64,000 bases of DNA. Origin: Paraspadella gotoi. Taxonomy: Eukaryota > Animalia > Chaetognatha. Where the stretch lies: assembly GCA_051294375.1 (NCBI GenBank), contig CM119263.1, positions 144,019 through 208,018 on the forward strand, read 5' to 3'. Both the position numbers and the translations under genes were made by a program. Of this stretch, positions 53,701-64,000 are shown in pieces (positions within the stretch are counted from its first letter, which is position 1; each line of letters begins with the position of its first letter). Under the pieces are notes generated by a model that had not been told where the DNA came from, did no database searches, and saw nothing but the letters and a program-made list of their open reading frames with translations.

Positions 53701-56700
53701 AATCCTTTATTCTCAATTTTTCTATCGCTCCCGGTTTCGGGTTCTTCAAAAATCGGCCGCTTCCACAGTGTTCGGTTTCGCTTTCCGGATCGCGTTCACA
53801 TCTCTGATCAAAATACATGGACCTGTTATGTGATTCTATCATTACAGGGCATCTTCATAAATTCAATATTGTTATCGTTATCCCAGACAGGGCTCCTTTC
53901 GACCCCCACGACGGCCGCATCGATCCCCACGGTTTGACGAGCGAGTTGGACGAGCGTTGGAAGCCGCTCTTCGAGAGGCTCGACGACGGTAGATCGGGGA
54001 AGACTTACCCCGCAGTTAGATTGAGGGATCTAAGGTAAGTTTTTCTATTGGTATCTTTTTTTATTCTTTATTAACCCACTCCTTCCGGCAGGCGACATCT
54101 GAGTCGCGAGGACGCCGGACTCCCCACTCACGTCGTGGACAAAGTGTTCGAGGCGGCCGACTTGGATCGAGATGGAATCTTGGAGTATAAAAGAGTTCGC
54201 GTTATTGGGTAAGAGATTGGGGAACAAAGAGTTCGCTGATTGGGTAAGAGATTGGGGAAGCAAAGATGGATCAACTAATTTATCATAATGATCGAGTTGA
54301 ATCTTTTTTTAAATATTAAGTGTATGGAAGAAGAGATGGGCGAACCAGATAGAGAGGGAGAACCTGACGTCACGACGAAAGATTTGAGGTCAGTCCAACT
54401 ATGTTTTCGCAATAATTTAAAAAGATTTGAGGTCAGTCCAACTATGTTTTCACAATAATTTAAAAAGATTTGAGGTCAGTCCAACTATGTTTTCGAAATA
54501 ATTTAAAAAGATTTGAGGTCAGTCCAACTATGTTTTCACAATAATTTAAAAAGATTTGAGGTCAGTCCAACTATGTTTTCGCAATAATTTAAAAAGATTT
54601 GAGGTCAGTCCAACTATGTTTTGCAATAATTTAAAAAGATTTGAGGTCAGTCCAACTATGTTTTCGCAATAATTTAAAAAAAATTTCAAGTCAGTCCAAC
54701 TATGTTTTCGCAATAATTTAAAAAGATTTGAACTTGTACTTATTTAAGATTAACGTTTTGCATGCAATATGACGTTTAGTGTTACTTTAAAGTTAAATGG
54801 CCTTTGAAGGCTAATAATATTGTTGTAAATCTGAGAAGCAGAGATAAAATTTGTTGCTCAGTATTCTTACCGTCACTATCCGCGACCGAACTCGCGAGCG
54901 AACCCGCGATGACACCGAGANNNNNNNNNNTGGACTGACCTCAAATCTTTTTAAATTATTGCGAAAAACATAGTTGGACTGACCTCAAATCTTTGTAAAT
55001 TATTGCGAAAACATAGTTGGACTGACCTCAAATCTTTTTAAATTATTGCGAAAACATAGTTGGACTGACCTCAAATCTTTTTAAATTATTGCGAAAACAT
55101 AGTTGGACTGACCTCAAATCTTTCGTCGTGACGTCAGGTTCTCCCTCTCTATCTGGTTCGCCCATCTCTTCTTCCATACACTTAATATTTAAAAAAAGAT
55201 TCAACTCGATCATTATGATAAATTAGTTGATCCATCTTTGTTCCCCAATCTCTTACCCAATCAGCGAACTCTTTGTTCCCCAATATCTTACCCAATCAGC
55301 GAACTCTTGGTTCCCCAATATCTTACCCAATAAGCGAACTCTTTATACTCCAAGATTCCATCTCGATCCAAGTCGGCCGCCTCGAACACTTTGTCCACGA
55401 CGTGAGTGGGGAGTCCGGCGTCCTCGCGACTCAGATGTCGCCTGCCGGAAGGAGTGGGGTTTAATAAAGAATAAAAAAAGATACCAATAGAAAAACTTAC
55501 CTTAGATCCCTCAATCTAACTGCGGGGTAAGTCTTCCCCGATCTACCGTCGTCGAGCCTCTCGAAGAGCGGCTTCCAACGCTCGTCCAACTCGCTCGTCA
55601 AACCGTGGGGATCGATGCGGCCGTCGTGGGGGTCGAAAGGAGCCCTGTCTGGGATAACGATAACAATATTGAATTTATGAAGATGCCCTGTAATGATAGA
55701 ATCACATAACAGGTCCATGTATTTTGATACAAGTGCGAAGTACAATATATTATTCCCCGATCTAATACTCAAGGGAGTGGTCTTTTACAATTGGAACATT
55801 CTTTGAAACATTATACCACTTTATTGTTAGGGAAGCCAGGTTCACTGGGAGTGAATAAACTCGACTGTGAGAAAGTCTTGATTGAAAGCTTGCAGGGAAT
55901 GGCTATGTCATTATCTTGTAAGAGTGATGGAGGCCTTAAACCACCAAAGCCTGTCCAAAGTCAGTGGCAAGATAACTTGTTTATTAAATCAATGGATAAT
56001 TTTTGCATTTAGACGAAAGGCTAACCTTCTTGGGATCGACTCTCTCTCGTGTTCTCTCTTTCAAATTCTCTCTTTTCCCTTCGTTCATTGTTACGAGTCT
56101 CTTCTTCTCTTTCGTCTTCTCTGCGGCGCCTGTTCTCTTCTCTACGGCGCCGATCTCTACGGCGCCCGTCTCTTTCGTCCTCGTATCGGCGCTCCTCATC
56201 AACCCTCGTTCCCCGGCGCCCTCTTTCCCGACGGCGTCGTTCACCGGCGTCGTCCATGATGTCTTTGAAGACTCCGACTTCGTCCCACGTCACTTCCGGT
56301 TGATGCGGCGAATCGGCCACGCCTATTCGTTCGTCGAGACACTGGAAACGAAGAGGGAAATGATATTAAACTCGAGCCTCGTTTCCAATCTCAAAGATAA
56401 AGAGCAGACGATTTACTGACGACTCAACTATGTAGCGACTCAAAACATTTCGTGGTCGCTCGGTTTCTCTCTTATTCTCCGACATTATGTTAAAAACAAA
56501 CTTTGAGTGTCAAAAATTTTATGAAAATTTGTTTAATATTAGATGGTCCATAAATATTGTTATTAAATAATTTTTATATGCAGACTACAGATCAAACGAT
56601 GCTTTCTGCTTTGTTTTAAATTAATCAAAAAAAATTTTCACTCGTTTTCTAATTGTTTAGTAATTTTTGTCATGAAATTCATATTTTTACTCATTATTAT

Positions 56701-58972
56701 TCTGACCCATTTGGCGAATTCGCGGTACTCCAGGATCCCGTCACGATTTTCGTCTGCTGCCGCGAAAACCGATCCACGATCGACGTCGGTAGGAGTGAGT
56801 GAGACGGACGGTGATGTGGTCTGAAATTGAAAAGGAAAGAGTGGCATCTTAGTAGTGTGGTCTGAAATTGGAAAAGGAAAGAGTGGCATCTTAGTAGTGT
56901 GGTCTGAATTGAAATGGAAGAATGGCATCTTAGTAGTGTGGTCTGAAATGGAAAAGCAAAGAGTGGCATCTTAGTAGTGTGTCTGAAATTGAAAGGAAAG
57001 AGTGGCATCTTGTAGTGTGGTCTTAATTGAAAATGGAAAGAGTGGCATTTAGTAGTGGTATGAAATTAAAAGGAAAGGAATCTTAGTAGTGTGGTCTGAA
57101 ATGGAAAAGAAAGAAGGAACTAGTAGTGTGGTCTAAATGGAAAAGAAAAGAGTGGCATCTTAGTATGTGGTCTGAAATGGAAAAGGAAAGAGTGGCATCT
57201 GAGTAGTGTGGTCTGAGTGAAAAAAAGAAAGAGTGCATCTTAGTAGTGTGGTCTGAATTGAAAAAAGATGGCATCTAAGTAGTGTGTCTGAAAGGAAAGG
57301 AAAGAGTGGCATCTTATAGTGGTCTGAAATTGAAAAGGAAAGAGTGGCATCTTAGTAGTGTGGTCTGAAATTGGAAAAAAGGAAGAGTGGCATCTTAGTA
57401 GTGTGGTCTGAATTGAAATGGAAAGATGGCATTTAGTGTGGTCTGAAATGGAAAGCAAAGAGTGGCATCTTAGTAGTGTGGTCTGAATTGAAAAGAAAGA
57501 GTGGCATCTTAGTAGTGTGGGCTTAATTGGAAATGGAAAGAGTGGCATCTTAGTAGTGTGGTCTGAAATAGAAAATGAAAGAGTACATCTTAGTAGTGTG
57601 GTCTGAAATGGAAAAGAAAGAGTGGCATCTAGTAGTGTGGTCTGAAATAGAAATGAAAGAGTACCATCTTAGTAGTGTGGTCTGAAATTGGAAAAGGAAA
57701 GAGTGGCATATAGTGTGGTCTGAATTGAAAATGGAAAGAGTGCATTTAGTAGTGTGGTCTGAATTGAAAGGAAAGAGTGGAATCTGTAGTGTGGGTCTGA
57801 AATGGAAAAGAAAAGAATGGAATCTTAGTAGTGTGGTCTGAAATGGAAAAGAAAAGTGTGCATCTTAGTATTGTGGTCTAAATAGAAAAATGAAAGAGTA
57901 GCAGCTTAGTTGTGTGATCTGAATTGGAAAAAGAAAAGAGTGGATCTTAGTAGTGTGTCTGAAATAGAAATGAAAGATGGAATTCTAGTAGTGTAGGTCT
58001 GAAATGGAAAGAAAGAATGGAATCTTAGTAGTGTGGTCTGAAATGGAAAAAAAAGAGTGGCATCTTAGTAGTGTGGTCTGAAATGAAAAAGAAAAGAGTA
58101 ACATCTTAGTAGTGTGGTCTGAAATGGAAAAGAAAAGAGTGGTATCTTAGTGGTGATAATGTGGTTTGAAATGGAAAATAAGTCATTGATAAAAACGATA
58201 ATTGTAATTCCAATTTTCCTCACCTAAGATCGCGGATGTTAACCGAAGGATAAGTCGCCCCCGATTTTCCGTCGTCGAGGCGTTTGAACAACGGGAGCCA
58301 ATGAGCATCCAATTCCTCTAAGACTTCGCGAGATTTGATGGCATAATTATAGTTTCCTGATTTCAAATGCCTATAAATCAATTACTTTAGAATTGAATAA
58401 TAACAATATGTTAATAATAAAGCGTAGTGAAAATTCTAAATTTGACTTTAATTAAAATTCTGAAAGCCAGGATATTTATTATATATATATAATAATAATG
58501 CATAAAAAATTGATTATAAATTCTGAAAATTATGTAGTGGGCTATATTACATATATTATATATATGTATATTACATTATACATAAATAAATTAAATGTTA
58601 AAATTTCAAAATAGGTTTTTGTAATTTTTTTTTTCAGATTTGGATTCGTCATGAAAAGTTGATAAAAAGAAATAAAACTCTTTTAAAAAAAAATTATTTC
58701 ATTAAGTTAGTCGAAAATAAGAAAAGCCTGTATTTTGAGCTGAAAATAAAATTTTTACATATTGAATATAGTTTTTTTTTTTATTTATAACCAATTTAAT
58801 GAAAGAATTAAGTGGGTTAATATTTTCTTCTATCATCTTTTGACAATGAATTCAAATTTACCATCAAAATTACGAAAAGCCTATTTTAAAATTTTAAAAT
58901 AAAGAGAAACTATTTTTTACCGTTGTGGCTTTCATAGTTTTGGTCAGAGTCTCGGACGCGATTTCTTCCCAT
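48670..58972 (-). CDS. RHBDL3: Rhomboid intramembrane serine protease (RHBDL1/RHBDL3/Rho-4-like) with two tandem N-terminal EF-hand modules
   Basis: Exons: 58921-58972, 58224-58356, 56707-56820 (1 nt short, probable error), 56026-56341, 55501-55648, 55327-55441, then one phase 0-to-2 exon not found (probably in a gap), 50718-50896, 50400-50533, 50217-50328, 49460-49639, 48994-49102, 48670-48802. Motifs: [31 protein letters not shown], catalytic GASGG and AHFGG, EF loops [12 protein letters not shown] and [12 protein letters not shown]. Confidence 0.9.
50017..50159 (+). ncRNA. U4: U4 spliceosomal snRNA
   Basis: Starts AGCTTTGCGCAGTGGC, contains GAGGCGCGGTTATTGCTAATTGAAAAC and CCCAATACCCCGC, then Sm site AATTTCTGA and a terminal hairpin GGCCTTTGAAGGCT. 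Colinear with metazoan U4 over its full length. Confidence 0.95.
51226..53806. mobile_element. Non-autonomous hAT-like DNA transposon with nested repeats
   Basis: TIRs CAGAGATGTGAA(C)GCGATC; 8-bp TSD ATCAAAAT (53807-53814; left copy 51217-51225 has one extra A); CCGG/TCGG-rich subterminal motifs; the empty site is present once at 55721-55728. Confidence 0.85.
52482..52526 (+). ncRNA. Second degenerate minimal hammerhead motif
   Basis: GTGTATGA-GGCCTTG..CAAGCC-GAAA-CATG-TCCAA; the CTGA core is corrupted. Confidence 0.35.
53887..54208 (+). pseudogene. Inverted second copy of rhomboid EF-hand exons (allelic contig or partial duplication)
   Basis: Reverse complement of 55327-55648; exons 53887-54034 and about 54092-54208, with extra indels. 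Confidence 0.8.
54378..55123. repeat. 42-bp minisatellite, two arrays in inverted orientation
   Basis: Unit AAAGATTTGAGGTCAGTCCAACTATGTTTTCGCAATAATTTA at 54378-54735 (+) and 54931-55123 (-). Confidence 0.92.
55236..55345 (-). repeat. 35-bp tandem repeat spanning a 5' splice site, 3 copies
   Basis: Unit AGAGTTCGCTKATTGG|GTAAGAWATTGGGGAACMA; only 2 copies in the inverted duplicate (about 54190-54265). Confidence 0.9.
55900..56000 (+). repeat. Dispersed approx. 100-bp structured repeat (copies near 9185-9256 +, 13745-13800 -, 16490-16545 -, 61760-61835 +)
   Basis: Shared ATGGAGGCCTTAAACCACCAAAGCCTGTCCAAAGTCAGGGGCAAGATAGCTTATTTATTAAA. Confidence 0.75.
56811..58175 (-). repeat. Approx. 42-bp minisatellite built from a 3' splice site, about 32 copies
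   Basis: Minus-strand unit ACCACACTACTAAGATGCCACTCTTTCCTTTTCCAATTTCAG; the last copy is the acceptor of exon 56707-56820. Confidence 0.93.
58418..58900. mobile_element. MITE family A, diverged left portion in rhomboid intron 1
   Basis: AAGCGTAGTGAAAATTCTAAATTTGACTTTAATTAAAATTCT and downstream CAGATTTGGATTCGTCAT match the family. Confidence 0.7.
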
Positions 58973-59367
58973 AACGATCTCACGAATTACCTATTTTATT
59001 TTTTTATAAAATTTTTCAATTTTACCAGTGGCTGTTTTGTATTTGTATCTCGGTCAACGAAAACAAAGCAAAATCAAAACGAGAAAGTTCTTTATTTTAC
59101 GTGTTTTTTTTTCTCTCTCATATGAGGCTGAGACACGCAAAGGGATAGAGAAATAATTGTCGGTTCCACGAAAACTTGGTTGAAGCAAAAAAGTCAATTC
59201 AAATGGAAGAAGCATCGAACGAGTCGCACGAAATCGGAAACTGAAGACATTCTTGTTTTAAATTGTATTAATTTTCTTGCTAGACATTTCAAACTATAGT
59301 TTTTAAAATTATTGTTTACTAGATAGATTTCGAAACTCACTTACTTTCATGCTGACACGACGATATC

Positions 59368-59731
59368 ATGTCTAAACAAAAAAATATTATTATATTATCT
59401 CACATCAATTAATCATTTTTATTTTATTAACTTTTCTTTTCTCGCTGTCATCCTCCTCCCTTTCCTTTCCTCCGCCAACGCCTCCATCGTCTCCAGCTAC
59501 GCCCTCCAACGCTTCGTCGACGCCAGGCGCCGCGGCAGGAGCCTTGGACGCCTCGCGGAGCGTCTCGGCGCCGTCCTCGATACGGTTCCGTAAAGGCGAG
59601 ACCTCAAGACGCCCGTCGACGACATCCGGCAAGAGTTCCGTCGAGGGATGTTCGACGGAGACGCTCAGCGCCATCGTTACGTCGGCGGAGAGACGGTGAA
59701 CGTCCGAAACGAGTTGACGCGTCACTTTTGA
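59368..59731 (+). CDS. Candidate small secreted protein or peptide precursor (interrupted reading frame)
   Basis: GC-rich island with NNC-ending codons like the neighbouring exons. Reads FLAVILLPFLSSANA-SIVSSYALQRFVDARRRGRSLGRLAERLGAVLDTVP*(59591)RRDLKTPVDDIRQEFRRGMFDGDAQRHRYVGGETVNVRNELTRHF*. The ATG at 59368 needs a 1-nt correction in an A run. Confidence 0.45.
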
Positions 59732-59981
59732 CGCGCTTAGAGGAAGGTTGCATAGCGAGTCGCTTGGGAAAAAGAATAAATTCTATTGCCATATTTGAAC
59801 CTTTTCAATGATCAAATAGAAAACACTGTTTAAAAACCCTACTACTACCCTATTTAAAAACCTGCTCTTGATTTCTTTAAATTTCTTTATCATAAATAGA
59901 ACAATCAATCAAAATAAATTACATAAAAGAGTTACAATTAGGCAATAAGCATGATTATTACTCAGATCTGATTAGATTTAT

Positions 59982-63271
<3,290 letters not shown>

Positions 63272-63561
63272 CTTGAATTAAAAATTTAATAATTTATTTT
63301 TATTTTTAAATTTAAATTTTTAATTGAGACTTTTTGGACTCGAGTATTAAATTAATTAATGAAAAATGTCAAGATTACTTGATTTACGATATTAGACTAA
63401 ATAAGACAAAAATTTTAAAATGAATTTATAAAATTTTGGTATATTTCACATAATATTTTATTTAACTCTTATTTATTTCATATTTAATAATGTCATGGGG
63501 AGAGTGATGTTAGTGTTATCTTCTGGAAGTAGAGGGAGCATCTTTACAACAAAATGTTAAA

Positions 63562-63646
<85 letters not shown>

Positions 63647-64000
63647 TACATATAATAAGATATTGTAGAAGACGTGACCGAGTGGATTGACCTGCACGGA
63701 GAAAGAGGAGAGAGGAAGGGTTTAGAGAGAAAGAGGAGAGAGGAAGAGAGGAAGAGAGGAAGAGAGGAAGAGAGAAAGAGAGGAAGAGAGGAAGAGAGAA
63801 AGAGGAGAGAGGAAGGGTTTGGAGAGACCGACGGGTGATCAGTCGCCTCAATATTAACCATCAAATCAAAATATCTTAAAGTCTCAACAGAAAGGGGATA
63901 ATTTGTAATGAGAAAAAGGTGATATTTATGATGCGTTTCATTTAAATTTATAAAAGTTAAAATTTTGTTCATATATTATTACCGTCAACTGGTAACGAGG

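Noticed and set aside
39840-56820. Single-base frameshifts in CNT exon 4 and rhomboid exon 3 as pseudogenisation or programmed frameshifting
   Set aside because: Indel errors are pervasive in the window; the rhomboid exon is exactly 1 nt shorter than its 115-nt paralogous exon and all catalytic motifs are intact.
54378-58175. Regular 42-bp arrays resembling CRISPR
   Set aside because: Units are contiguous with no unique spacers, no cas genes, and the context is eukaryotic introns.
59405-59725. Minus-strand 106-aa ORF in the track
   Set aside because: Shadow of the plus-strand frame, which has the host-like NNC codon bias and a signal-peptide-like stretch.
22187-59731. In-frame TAA/TAG in two candidate ORFs suggesting stop-codon reassignment
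   Set aside because: No TAA/TAG occurs inside any confidently reconstructed exon of the three conserved genes, and Gln is encoded by CAA/CAG.

Overview
AT-rich, microsatellite-laden, intron-containing animal (invertebrate-like) draft genome window with N gaps, indel errors and gap-flanked duplications. Three spliced minus-strand genes can be rebuilt by hand from splice sites. They are a 15-exon SLC28/CNT nucleoside transporter (29943-46330, one GC-AG intron), an active-site-intact RHBDL1/3/Rho-4-type rhomboid protease with a duplicated N-terminal EF-hand module (48670-58972), and the kinase half of a PKN-like AGC kinase (59982-63271, continuing past the window). Non-coding genes are a full-length U4 snRNA antisense inside a rhomboid intron and a 5'-truncated U1 copy. 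Mobile DNA includes DINE-1/Helentron-type elements carrying a tRNA-like cassette, two TA-flanked MITE families, tRNA-derived SINEs, a hAT-like insertion whose empty site is also in the window, and two degenerate Penelope-type minimal hammerhead motifs. The most unusual signal is tandem amplification of splice sites: one rhomboid intron consists almost entirely of about 32 copies of its own 3' splice site, and upstream copies would lead straight into a stop codon. Donor sites are also tandemly duplicated in two genes. The left 29 kb holds only tentative, unidentified exons or ORFs. All translations and alignments were done by eye; no database searches were run.
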